Made by a program: the position numbers and the translations under genes
The notes under the pieces: generated by a model
The model's input: the letters and a program-made list of their open reading frames with translations, nothing else
Databases searched by the model: none
Told to the model about the DNA's origin: nothing
Assembly (NCBI GenBank): GCA_035279205.1
Contig: DATEIF010000362.1
Coordinates: 1 to 35,943 of the forward strand
Direction: 5' to 3'
Length of the DNA stretch: 35,943 nucleotides
Source of the DNA: Vineibacter sp.
GTDB taxonomy: Bacteria > Pseudomonadota > Alphaproteobacteria > Reyranellales > Reyranellaceae
Shown: piece after piece, positions 17,357-25,955 of the stretch
Layout of the letters: each line of letters begins with the position of its first letter
Position numbering within the stretch: the first letter of the stretch is position 1

Positions 17357-17409
17357 GGCCACACGCTGCGGCAGGGGTGGGGTGGTTCCCCTTGCCGAGG
17401 GCCGGGCCG

Positions 17410-18147
17410 ATGACAAAGGCAAAGCAATTCGCCGCAGCGATGCCAACCGAGGCCACCCTGCGCCGCGCCGTGATCGATACCTGCCGGCGGATGAACGCGT
17501 TGGGCATCAACCAGGGTACGTCGGGCAATGCCAGCGTCCGGCTCGATGGCGACCGGTTCCTGATCACGCCCAGCGGCGTTGCCTACGATGCGATGACGCC
17601 GGCCCAGATCCCGACCATGACCCTGGGCGGGCGCTGGTATGGGGCGCGGCGGCCCTCATCGGAATGGCGCTTTCATCGCGACATCCTGGCGGCGCGGCCG
17701 GATGCCGGTGCCGTGATCCACACGCACGGTCCGCTCGCCACGACGCTGGCGGTGCTGCGCCAGGACATCCCGGCGTTCCACTACATGGTGGCGGTGGCCG
17801 GCGGCGACTCGATCCGCTGCGCGCCCTATGCCACCTTCGGCACCCAGGCGCTGAGCGACCTGGCGCTCGCCGCGCTGGAGGGACGGCGCGCTTGCCTGCT
17901 AGCCAATCACGGGCTGATCGCCATCGGCGCCACCCTCGAGAAGGCGCTGGCGCTGGCCGTCGAGGTCGAGGCGCTGGCCGGCATGTATCTGCGGGCCTGC
18001 GCGATCGGCGAGCCGGCGCTGCTCTCGGCGGCGCAGATGGACGAGGCCCTGGAGCTGTTCCGTACTTACGGCACGCCCGCTTTCCCCGATGCGGACCTGG
18101 TCCATGCCGGCGTGTCCTCCCCACGACGTGGGGGAGGTGGGGAATAA
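17410..18147 (+). CDS. Class II aldolase (FucA/Ald2-like)
   Basis: GTSGNAS, ITPSG, PSSEW, HTH and NHG metal ligands. Confidence 0.9.
   Translation: MTKAKQFAAAMPTEATLRRAVIDTCRRMNALGINQGTSGNASVRLDGDRFLITPSGVAYDAMTPAQIPTMTLGGRWYGARRPSSEWRFHRDILAARPDAGAVIHTHGPLATTLAVLRQDIPAFHYMVAVAGGDSIRCAPYATFGTQALSDLALAALEGRRACLLANHGLIAIGATLEKALALAVEVEALAGMYLRACAIGEPALLSAAQMDEALELFRTYGTPAFPDADLVHAGVSSPRRGGGGE
18116..18137. repeat. Family A hairpin remnant encoding the aldolase C-terminus
   Basis: CCTCCCCACGACGTGGGGGAGG resembles CTCCCCCACGCAGTGGGGGAGG at 4545. Confidence 0.5.
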
Positions 18148-18190
18148 CGTCCGAAAACCGCGAGACGGCGGCGGGGAAGCGCGCGATGAT
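18148..18190 (+). promoter_or_regulatory. Putative Ada-type activator box plus -10 (leaderless ada-alkA)
   Basis: CGTCCGAAAACCGCGAGAC-N18-GATGAT-N6-ATG; the box recurs at 20255. Confidence 0.65.
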
Positions 18191-18196
18191 GGCGCC

Positions 18197-19705
18197 ATGG
18201 ACCTCGACCACGATGCCTGCTACCGCGCCATCCAGACGCGCGATGCCCGCTTTGACGGACGGCTGTTCATTGCCGTCAAGACGACCGGGATCTACTGCCG
18301 GCCGATCTGTCCGGCGCGCACGCCCAAGCGCGAGAACGTCCTGTTCTTTTCGACCGCCACGGGTGCGCAGGGTGCCGGCTTCCGGCCCTGCCTGCGCTGC
18401 CGGCCGGAAACCTCACCCGACCTAGCCGCCTGGCGCGGTACGTCCAACACCGTCTCGCGGGCGCTGGCGCTGATCGAAAGCGGCGCGCTGGACGCTGCCG
18501 ATGTCGACGCACTGGCAGACCGTCTGGGCGTTGGCGAACGTCAGCTGCGTCGGCTCTTCCGCCAGCATCTCGGCGCCTCGCCGATCGCCGTGGCGCAGAC
18601 GCGGCGCGTGCTGCTGGCCAAGCAGCTGATCCACGATACCCAGCTCTCGATGGCCCAGGTTGCCCTGGCGGCGGGGTTCGGCAGCGTGCGGCGGTTCAAC
18701 GAGACTTTTCAGCAGCTCTTCGACCGGCCGCCGATCGCGCTGCGGCGCAGCCGTGGCACGCAGACGGCGAGCGATGGCGCCGGTGCCGTGTCCGTGACGC
18801 TGGCCTATCGGCCGCCGTATGACTGGAAGGCCATGCTGGGCTTCCTGGCGGCACGCGCGATTCCCGGCGTCGAGGTCGTCGCGGGCGATCGTTACGCACG
18901 CACGATCGCGATCGGCGACGGTAAGGGCATGCTGGTCGTCGAGCCTGCCGCCGGTGCGCGCGTCAAGGTCACGGTGCGCTTTCCGCATCTGCGCGCGCTG
19001 CCCACGATCATTGCCCGCGTGCGCCGTGTTTTCGATCTGGCGGCCGATCCCATCACGATCGGTGCGCATCTGGCGCAGGATCCGACCCTGGCGCCGCTGG
19101 TCGCAGCGCGGCCAGGGCTGCGTGTGCCAGGCGCCTGGGATGGCTTCGAACTGGCCGTGCGCGCCATCCTGGGTCAACAGATCACGGTCGCGGCAGCGAC
19201 TGGGCTCGCCGGGAAGCTGGTGAAAGTCCATGGCGAGCCGTTGCCGTCGGCGGACGGTGCGATGCCGGGTTTGACGCACGTGTTCCCCGCGCCTGAAACA
19301 TTGGCGACAGCGGATATCGCCGCGCTGGGCATGCCGGGTGCGCGTGCCGCAGCCCTGCGATCGCTGGCGGCGACCGTGGTTGCCGATCCGCTGATCTTCG
19401 GACCTCGACGCAGTCTCGACGAGGCGATCAGCCGCCTGCAGTCGTTGACCGGCGTTGGTGAGTGGACGGCGCAGTACATCGCCATGCGCGAGTTGCGCGA
19501 ACCCGATGCTTTCCCGGCCAGCGACATCGGCCTGCTGCGCGCCATGGCCGACGCCGCCGGAACGCGGCCATCGCCGGCACAACTGCTGGCACGCGCCGAG
19601 GCGTGGCGGCCCTGGCGTGCCTATGCCGCACTGCATCTGTGGGCTGCCGACGCCCAGACCGTGATCCTCGATAAGGAGCCTTTCGATGCCCGCCGCGCCG
19701 CCTGA
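18197..19705 (+). CDS. Ada N-terminal Zn/AraC regulator fused to AlkA DNA-3-methyladenine glycosylase
   Basis: GIYCRPICP and GFRPCLRCRP Zn-Cys motifs, AraC HTH, AlkA_N (YRPPYDW), HhH GVGEWTA and PDAFP.D. Confidence 0.93.
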   Translation: MDLDHDACYRAIQTRDARFDGRLFIAVKTTGIYCRPICPARTPKRENVLFFSTATGAQGAGFRPCLRCRPETSPDLAAWRGTSNTVSRALALIESGALDAADVDALADRLGVGERQLRRLFRQHLGASPIAVAQTRRVLLAKQLIHDTQLSMAQVALAAGFGSVRRFNETFQQLFDRPPIALRRSRGTQTASDGAGAVSVTLAYRPPYDWKAMLGFLAARAIPGVEVVAGDRYARTIAIGDGKGMLVVEPAAGARVKVTVRFPHLRALPTIIARVRRVFDLAADPITIGAHLAQDPTLAPLVAARPGLRVPGAWDGFELAVRAILGQQITVAAATGLAGKLVKVHGEPLPSADGAMPGLTHVFPAPETLATADIAALGMPGARAAALRSLAATVVADPLIFGPRRSLDEAISRLQSLTGVGEWTAQYIAMRELREPDAFPASDIGLLRAMADAAGTRPSPAQLLARAEAWRPWRAYAALHLWAADAQTVILDKEPFDARRAA

Positions 19706-20243
19706 CCGTTTCCGCCTCGACCGCCTGAAGACGCCGATCGGCGAAGCGCTACTCGTCACCGATACCGACGGGCATCTGCGCATGCTCGACTGGAGCGATT
19801 TCGAGACGCGCCTGGAACGGCTGCTGCGCCGCCAATATGGCTCCGTCGACCTGATGCCCGGCCGCGCGCCGGCCGACATGCGCCGCGCACTCGACGACTA
19901 CTTCGCGGGTGATCTTACGCAGCTTCGCACCATCGGCTGGCGTACCGCAGGCACGCCGTTTCAGCGCAAGGTGTGGAAGGCGCTCTGCAGCATCCCGGCC
20001 GGCAAGACGCTGAGCTACGGCGCGCTGGCCATCAAGCTCGGCATGCCGCGGGCGATGCGCGCGGTTGGCCTTGCCAACGGTTCCAACCCGATCAGCGTCG
20101 TGGTGCCGTGTCATCGCGTGATCGGCTTCGACGGCTCGCTGACCGGCTATGGCGGCGGCCTCGATCGCAAGCGCTGGTTGCTGACGCATGAGGGTGCCGC
20201 GTTTCGCGACAAGGCGCTGCCGGGTGGTGCGCTGGCGGCGTAA
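19686..20243 (+). CDS. ogt: Methylated-DNA--protein-cysteine S-methyltransferase
   Basis: GTPFQRKVW, RAVG.ANG.NP, PCHRV, LTGYGGG; overlaps the 3' end of ada-alkA. Confidence 0.94.
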   Translation: MPAAPPDRFRLDRLKTPIGEALLVTDTDGHLRMLDWSDFETRLERLLRRQYGSVDLMPGRAPADMRRALDDYFAGDLTQLRTIGWRTAGTPFQRKVWKALCSIPAGKTLSYGALAIKLGMPRAMRAVGLANGSNPISVVVPCHRVIGFDGSLTGYGGGLDRKRWLLTHEGAAFRDKALPGGALAA

Positions 20244-20254
20244 TGCGCATGTTC

Positions 20255-20297
20255 CGTCCGGAAGCCGCCAGACCGGCCCGGGCATGATCGATAGGCT
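20255..20297 (+). promoter_or_regulatory. Second copy of the putative Ada-type box plus -10, upstream of the SnoaL gene
   Basis: CGTCCGGAAGCCGCCAGAC-N18-TAGGCT; 16/19 identical to 18148-18166 with the same spacing. Confidence 0.65.
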
Positions 20298-20322
20298 CCC
20301 TTCACATCGAAGGGAGCACGCG

Positions 20323-20727
20323 ATGACTGATGCAGACATCCAGGATTTTGTGACCCGGTTTGCCGCCGCCTGGGCAGCCCGTGACGGCGAGGCTTTCCTC
20401 GCCCTGTGGCATCCCGACGGGGTCCTGCACTATCCGCTGGTCGACCGGCCGATCGCCGGCAGCGAGCTGGGCCGCCTCAACGACATCCAGAAGGAAGCCG
20501 CACCGGATCTCGTCTGGCAGCTACTCGACTGGACGTCGCGCGGCGATGTCGTGATCATCGAATGGCAATCCACCCGCATCGTGTCAGGCCGGCGCTTCGA
20601 CTGGCGCGGTGTCGACAAGCTGCGCCTGAAGGACGGCAAGATCATCGAGGAGCGCGTGTACATGGACACGGCGTTGCTGCGTGCCGCCCGCACCGGCAGT
20701 GTGCCCGAACCACTGATCCGCCTCTGA
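20323..20727 (+). CDS. NTF2/SnoaL-like protein
   Basis: F..AW..RD, W.PDG, GVD...KDGKI.EERVY.D pattern; AAGGGAG RBS. Confidence 0.85.
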   Translation: MTDADIQDFVTRFAAAWAARDGEAFLALWHPDGVLHYPLVDRPIAGSELGRLNDIQKEAAPDLVWQLLDWTSRGDVVIIEWQSTRIVSGRRFDWRGVDKLRLKDGKIIEERVYMDTALLRAARTGSVPEPLIRL

Positions 20728-20823
20728 CGTCCGCCTCTATTCCGGTCTGCGGTCGAATCGATATCGGGAGTCGACGCCGCCGCCGGCGCGCGCTTAAGTC
20801 GCCGGCCTGAGGAGGCAGACACC

Positions 20824-21624
20824 ATGGATCCGTTTCGGGAGAATCTGTTCGCCGGCAAGACAGCCTTCATCGCCGGCGGCACATCAGGCATCAATCTCGG
20901 TATCGCCAAGCGCCTGGCCGGCCTGGGTGCCAAGGTGTCGGTCGCCGGCCGTGATCCGCAGAAGGCGACCAATGCCGCGGCCGAGATCGGCAGCGCTGAC
21001 GTCGCGCTCGGCCTGTCGTGCGACGTGCGCGTCTATGCGTCGGTCGAGGAAGCGCTCGCGAAGGCGGCGGCGGCGTTCGGCCCGCTCGATATCGTGATTT
21101 CGGGCGCGGCCGGCAACTTCGTGGCGCCGGCGCTGGGCATGTCGGCCAACGGCTTTCGCACGGTTGTCGATATCGACCTCAACGGCACGTTCAATGTGTT
21201 TCGGGCCTCTTACGCCCACCTCAATCGTCCCGGCGCCTCGCTGATCGCGATCACCGCCGGGCAGGCGGTGAACGCCCGCATGCTGCAGGCTCATGTCTGT
21301 GCCGCCAAGGCGGGCATCAATCACCTGGTGCGTGTGCTGGCGATGGAGTGGGGGCCGCTGGGCGTGCGGGTCAACGGCATCTCGCCGGGTCCGATTGCCG
21401 ACACCGAAGGCATGGCGCGGCTGACGCCGACGCCGGAGGCCGTGAAAGCCCTCACGGACCGCATTCCCTTGCGCCGCTACGGCACCAAGGACGAGATAGG
21501 CGATGCTGCGGCGTTCCTGTGCAGCGCGGCGGCGAAGTATGTGACCGGTACGATCCTCGACTGCGATGGCGGCTCGCAGCTGGGCGATGCCAGCACGCGC
21601 GACGGATCGCACGGGCTGATGTAA
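20824..21624 (+). CDS. SDR oxidoreductase, 2,4-dienoyl-CoA reductase-like
   Basis: GGTSGINLG, GAAGNF, DIDLNGTF, HVCAAKAG, ISPGPI; GAGGAGG RBS. Confidence 0.88.
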   Translation: MDPFRENLFAGKTAFIAGGTSGINLGIAKRLAGLGAKVSVAGRDPQKATNAAAEIGSADVALGLSCDVRVYASVEEALAKAAAAFGPLDIVISGAAGNFVAPALGMSANGFRTVVDIDLNGTFNVFRASYAHLNRPGASLIAITAGQAVNARMLQAHVCAAKAGINHLVRVLAMEWGPLGVRVNGISPGPIADTEGMARLTPTPEAVKALTDRIPLRRYGTKDEIGDAAAFLCSAAAKYVTGTILDCDGGSQLGDASTRDGSHGLM

Positions 21625-21651
21625 TGGCCGGTGCCCGAAGGCACCGGCCAT
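21624..21651. terminator. 12-bp hairpin between convergent SDR and GNAT genes
   Basis: ATGGCCGGTGCC-CGAA-GGCACCGGCCAT (cUUCGg loop on the minus strand); no U tract. Confidence 0.55.
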
Positions 21652-21657
21652 CAGGGC

Positions 21658-22527
21658 TCAGAATCGCACCAGACCCCAGTCACCGATGGGCTCGAAGCCG
21701 AGCGCGCTGTAGGCGCGCTGGGCTGCGTTGTTGGCCACGTCGGTGAACAGCACGGCGCGGCCGGCGCCGGCCTGGCGCGCCTGCAGCAGGCTGCCGGCAA
21801 CCGCCACCCGCGCGAAGCCGCGGGCGCGGCCGAACGGCGGCGTATAGACGCCGCCCACCTGCACCACGTCGGGCAGTGCGGCGTTGAAGCCGGTGAACGC
21901 CACGGGACGTCCGTGGGCCTCGACCACCCAGGCGCGGCCCTCGGCATGCAGGGCTGCGATGTCCTGCGCCGCTGCGTCCCATGTCGTGGCCGTGCGCGGC
22001 AGGTCGAACATCTCGACCAGGTACTCCACGCGCCACGCCGCGAGCAGGGGCAGGTCGTCGTCGCCCATGCTGCGCACTGTGATATCGCCCGTCGATAGCG
22101 CTCGCGGCACGACCAGCTCGGCGAGCGGCAGAGCGAACAGGATCTCGCGCGCGCATCGTTTGGCGATCCGGCCGCGCAGCGCCGGATGCATCAGGGTGGC
22201 GGCGACCTGGTCCCAGCTGCCGACCACGCCGACGATGTCGCGGCCGGATGCCGCCAGCGCCGCATCGAGCAGGGCGCGCACGTCATGGCTGCCACCAGGG
22301 GCCAGCGGCATCACGTTGCCGTTCCAGTAGTGGGCCACGACGCCTACGACCTCGTCATGGGCGAGCGCCGCGGCGTAGGTACCGCCGTAACGCCGGCCAT
22401 CGTCGACGACGCCGGCCTGGCGCAGGTTGGAGCGCTGGAACAGGGTGAGGTCGGGGTTGCGGGCGAAGAATGCCTCCAGACGCGGCTCGTCCCCGGCACT
22501 CAGAATACGGATGTCGAACGCGCACAT
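21658..22527 (-). CDS. GNAT family acetyltransferase
   Basis: QVGGVYTPP..RARGFA and N.AAQRAY.ALGF motifs; AAGGGGGA RBS. Confidence 0.88.
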   Translation of the reverse strand: MCAFDIRILSAGDEPRLEAFFARNPDLTLFQRSNLRQAGVVDDGRRYGGTYAAALAHDEVVGVVAHYWNGNVMPLAPGGSHDVRALLDAALAASGRDIVGVVGSWDQVAATLMHPALRGRIAKRCAREILFALPLAELVVPRALSTGDITVRSMGDDDLPLLAAWRVEYLVEMFDLPRTATTWDAAAQDIAALHAEGRAWVVEAHGRPVAFTGFNAALPDVVQVGGVYTPPFGRARGFARVAVAGSLLQARQAGAGRAVLFTDVANNAAQRAYSALGFEPIGDWGLVRF

Positions 22528-22583
22528 AAGGTCCCCCTTTGCGAAAACGAGTCGCCGGGGGTCGTTCGGGGAGCGCGGTCCCC

Positions 22584-22619
22584 AAAAAAACGAAACGCCC
22601 GGCGCAACAGCCGGGCGTT
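22584..22619 (-). terminator. Rho-independent terminator of rpmE
   Basis: AACGCCCGGC-N6-GCCGGGCGTT followed on the minus strand by TCGTTTTTTT. Confidence 0.85.
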
Positions 22620-22639
22620 GGTGCTGTCGAGGCGACCGT

Positions 22640-22870
22640 TTACTTCTTGGCCGCCAGCCCGATGTTGCCGAATTTCTCTTTGAACCGCGACATGCGACCG
22701 CCACGATCGACGACCTTGTTGACGCCAGTCCATGCCGGATGGGTCTTTTGGTCGATGTCGAGTCGCAAGGTCGCACCCTCCTTCCCGTAGGTGGAGCGGG
22801 TCTTGAACGACGAACCGTCGGTCATGACGACCGTGAGGTCGTGATAGTCTGGGTGAATGCCTTGCTTCAT
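22640..22870 (-). CDS. rpmE: 50S ribosomal protein L31 (Cys-free type)
   Basis: [27 protein letters not shown]. Confidence 0.97.
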   Translation of the reverse strand: MKQGIHPDYHDLTVVMTDGSSFKTRSTYGKEGATLRLDIDQKTHPAWTGVNKVVDRGGRMSRFKEKFGNIGLAAKK

Positions 22871-22898
22871 GGCGGCTCTCCGCGTGCGAGGGGCGCCT

Positions 22899-22925
22899 TA
22901 TATAGGAGCCGATGCCGGGGAGCAA
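22899..22925 (-). promoter_or_regulatory. Putative sigma70 promoter of rpmE
   Basis: TTGCTC..CTATATA on the minus strand, typical alphaproteobacterial form. Confidence 0.55.
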
Positions 22926-23070
22926 GCTGTTGCTTGCGAATCATTGTGAGCGCAATGGCCGCTGCGATTTGCCTCGACCGGGTCGCTTGTTGGCGCTCGC
23001 GCGGCCTGCTATAGGGCCCGGCAAGGCCTTGATTTTCAAGGACTTGTGACTTTCTGCCGCGAAACCGCCC

Positions 23071-23394
23071 ATGACCGCCAATTTCGATGTGACCGCCACG
23101 CGCCTGCTCGATCGCTTTGCCGACCGGCTGGAGGCGGCGCTGGCTGACGTCGCCGAGGTCGATTACGAAGGTGGGATCTTGAACGTGACCCTCGAGAGCG
23201 GCGGGACCTACGTGATCAACAAGCACGCACCGACCCAGCAGGTGTGGCTCTCCTCGCCGCAATCGGGCGCCTGGCATTTCAGCCAGGATGCGACTTCCGG
23301 CGCCTGGCGTGACACACGGCAGGGGCGGGACCTGCTGGAATTGCTGGCCGGCGAGCTGGCGGCGGCGACCGGTGTTGCCGTCACCCTGGACTAG
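23071..23394 (+). CDS. cyaY: Iron donor protein CyaY (frataxin)
   Basis: GILNV, YVINKH.P.QQVWLSSP.SG.WHF. Confidence 0.93.
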   Translation: MTANFDVTATRLLDRFADRLEAALADVAEVDYEGGILNVTLESGGTYVINKHAPTQQVWLSSPQSGAWHFSQDATSGAWRDTRQGRDLLELLAGELAAATGVAVTLD

Positions 23395-23408
23395 GGCCTG
23401 CGCGACGC

Positions 23409-25187
23409 ATGAACGGTGACACGGCCGAGCCCGGCAAACGGCGCAATCTGCGGCCGCTGCGGCTGTTGCTGCCTTACCTGAAACCCTACCTCAGCCGCGT
23501 GGCGCTGGCCTTGCTGGCCCTGCTGGTCGCGGCGTCCACCGTGCTGGCATTCGGTGCCTGCCTGCGGGCGCTGATCGATCGCGGCTTTGCCGCCGGCCGC
23601 ACCGACGTTCTGGATTATGCGCTGGCCTCGCTGCTGGTGGCCGTGGCCGTGCTGGCGCTGGCATCGGCAGGCCGCTTCTATTTCGTTTCCTGGCTGGGCG
23701 AGCGCGTGGTGGCCGACCTGCGCCGCGATGCCTTCGCCCATGTGCTGAAGCTGAGCCCGGCCTGGTTCGAGACCGCACGCACCGGCGACGTGATGAGCCG
23801 GCTGACGACGGACACGACCCTGATCGAGCAGGTGGTGGGCTCGTCGGTCTCCGTGGCGGTGCGCAACACGCTGATGTTCTTCGGCGGCGCTGTCATGCTG
23901 GTGATCACCAGCCCGCGGTTGACGGTGCTAGCGCTGGCTGTGGTGCCGCTGGCCGTGGTGCCCATCATCGTGCTGGGCCGCCGCGTGCGACGCCTGTCGC
24001 GTCTGTCGCAGGAGCGCATCGCCGACGTCACTGCCTATGCCGGCGAGCGGGTCGATGCGATCCGCACGGTGCAGGCCTTCGGCCACGAGCAGCGCGAGGC
24101 GCAGCATTTCACCGGGCTGGTCGAGGCCGCCTTCGGCACGGCGCGCAGCCGGATCTTCCAGCGCGCCGTCATGACCGGCATCGTGATCCTGCTGGTGTTC
24201 GGCGCCGTGGGCGTGCTGCTGTGGATCGGCGGCCACGACGTGCTGTCGGGACGCATCACCGCCGGCGACCTGTCGGCGTTCGTGTTCTACGCCGTGGTTG
24301 CAGCCGGCTCGGCGGGCGCGATCAGCGAGGTGATCGGCGACCTGCAGCGCGCCGCCGGTGCCGCCGAGCGCATTGCCGAGCTGCTGGCGACGCGTTCGCC
24401 GGTGGCCGATCCTGTGTCGCCCGTGGCTGTGCCGACATCGGGTGGCGGCGCGGTCTCCTTCGAGGACGTGAGCTTCCGCTATCCGGCGCGGCCCGACATG
24501 CCGGCGCTCGATCATTTCGCCCTGCAGGTGGCGCCGGGTGAAAGCGTGGCGCTGGTCGGCCCCTCGGGCGCCGGCAAGACCACGGTCTTCAGCCTGCTGC
24601 TGCGCTTCTACGATCCCCAGGCCGGCAAGGTGCGGCTGGATGGGATTGATATCAGCCAGGTGAGGCTGGGCGATCTGCGGGCCCGCATGGCGATCGTGCC
24701 GCAGGAGCCGGTGCTGTTCTCGGCGAGCGCGCTCGACAACATCCGCTACGGCCGGCCCGATGCCAGCGATGCCGAGGTGCGTGCCGCCGCCGAGACGGCC
24801 TATGCGCTGGAGTTCCTCGAGGCCCTGCCGCAGGGGCTCAACACGTTCCTCGGCGAGCGCGGCGTGCGGCTATCGGGCGGCCAGCGCCAGCGCATCGCCA
24901 TTGCGCGCGCCATCCTGCGCGATCCCGACGTGCTGCTGCTCGACGAGGCCACCAGCGCGCTCGATGCCGAAAGCGAGCTGGCCGTGCAGACGGCACTGGA
25001 CCGCCTGACCCGCAACCGCACCACGCTGATCGTGGCCCATCGCCTGGCTACGGTGCTGAAAGCCGATCGGATCGTGGTGATGGACCAGGGCCGCATCGTC
25101 GAAAGCGGCACGCACCGCGAGCTTGCCGCCCGCGGCGGCCTCTACGCCCGCCTCGCCGAACTGCAGTTCGACCGCGCCGCGGAGTGA
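23409..25187 (+). CDS. ABC exporter with fused permease and ATPase (MsbA/ABCB-like)
   Basis: TM domain, GPSGAGKT, LSGGQRQR, LDEATSALD. Confidence 0.92.
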   Translation: MNGDTAEPGKRRNLRPLRLLLPYLKPYLSRVALALLALLVAASTVLAFGACLRALIDRGFAAGRTDVLDYALASLLVAVAVLALASAGRFYFVSWLGERVVADLRRDAFAHVLKLSPAWFETARTGDVMSRLTTDTTLIEQVVGSSVSVAVRNTLMFFGGAVMLVITSPRLTVLALAVVPLAVVPIIVLGRRVRRLSRLSQERIADVTAYAGERVDAIRTVQAFGHEQREAQHFTGLVEAAFGTARSRIFQRAVMTGIVILLVFGAVGVLLWIGGHDVLSGRITAGDLSAFVFYAVVAAGSAGAISEVIGDLQRAAGAAERIAELLATRSPVADPVSPVAVPTSGGGAVSFEDVSFRYPARPDMPALDHFALQVAPGESVALVGPSGAGKTTVFSLLLRFYDPQAGKVRLDGIDISQVRLGDLRARMAIVPQEPVLFSASALDNIRYGRPDASDAEVRAAAETAYALEFLEALPQGLNTFLGERGVRLSGGQRQRIAIARAILRDPDVLLLDEATSALDAESELAVQTALDRLTRNRTTLIVAHRLATVLKADRIVVMDQGRIVESGTHRELAARGGLYARLAELQFDRAAE

Positions 25188-25197
25188 GTTTCGTAGG

Positions 25198-25578
25198 CTA
25201 ATCCGGGGCGTCCGAGGGACTACCTCCGCTGAGCTCTCGGCTCAGAACCCTGATCTGGCGCTTGAGGTGTGGTAGATCGGTCGTCACGGTGTTCCACACC
25301 TTTGACGCATCAACCGACCAATACACGTGGACGAGGAAATTTCTCATACCTCGTGGCAAGTGCCACGGTATTTCCGGATGGGCAGCAGCGATTTCCGGTG
25401 ACACGCGTTGGAGGTTTCCCGCAGCCTCGCCGATGATTTCAAAATTACGAATGACGGCGTCCTGCACCAGTCGTGACGCGAGAAACTCGGCCTCGCTCAA
25501 CGTCGAAGTATAGGTTTCGATGCGCTCGATCGCCTCGAGGATGTGCGAAACGTAATCGGGGGCCCGCAATGCCTTCAT
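25198..25578 (-). CDS. HepT-like HEPN ribonuclease toxin (DUF86)
   Basis: DAVIRNFEIIGEA and RX4HXY motif RNFLVHVY; 4-nt overlap with the upstream MNT gene. Confidence 0.9.
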   Translation of the reverse strand: MKALRAPDYVSHILEAIERIETYTSTLSEAEFLASRLVQDAVIRNFEIIGEAAGNLQRVSPEIAAAHPEIPWHLPRGMRNFLVHVYWSVDASKVWNTVTTDLPHLKRQIRVLSRELSGGSPSDAPD

Positions 25579-25955
25579 ACGGGCTGAGCCTCTCGTTCGA
25601 TCTGCTCGCGGATCCGAGTGGGCATGCCTCCCGTCGTTTGAACATCGACCGGAACCTGGAGTAGATCCTCGATTTCGCAAAACATCGCGGAGAGATCGAA
25701 CAGGGTCATCCGTTGTCCCGGTTCCGCGTCAACCAGCAGGTCAAGATCGCTGTCTTCGGTATCGGTTCCACGCAGGACCGAACCAAATACACGAGGATTG
25801 GCCCCTCGGTGTCGGGCGACAATCGCGCGAATCTCGGAACGATAGCGCTCAAGCTGTACAGACGGTCGAACACGCTGACGCGGCTGACCGTTGGTCAATG
25901 CTGCCGGTGCAGCCGTCTCGTCTGCCTGCGGCCGTCGCGATGCAACTTCAGCCAT
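25575..25955 (-). CDS. MntA-like minimal nucleotidyltransferase antitoxin
   Basis: GSX10DXD motif FGSVLRGTDTEDSDLD; GAGGAGG RBS; extended -10 TGCTAAAAT at 25997-26005. Confidence 0.9.
   Translation of the reverse strand: MAEVASRRPQADETAAPAALTNGQPRQRVRPSVQLERYRSEIRAIVARHRGANPRVFGSVLRGTDTEDSDLDLLVDAEPGQRMTLFDLSAMFCEIEDLLQVPVDVQTTGGMPTRIREQIEREAQPV

Noticed and set aside
9366-20243. Functional link between SAM by-product salvage (mtnA, aldolase) and the flanking alkylation repair genes
   Set aside because: Chemically attractive, but the sequence shows separate promoters and no shared motif; proximity alone is insufficient
22640-22870. Cys-free L31 as a zinc-starvation paralogue
   Set aside because: The short Cys-free form is the normal alphaproteobacterial L31; no Zur box or rpmJ partner was seen
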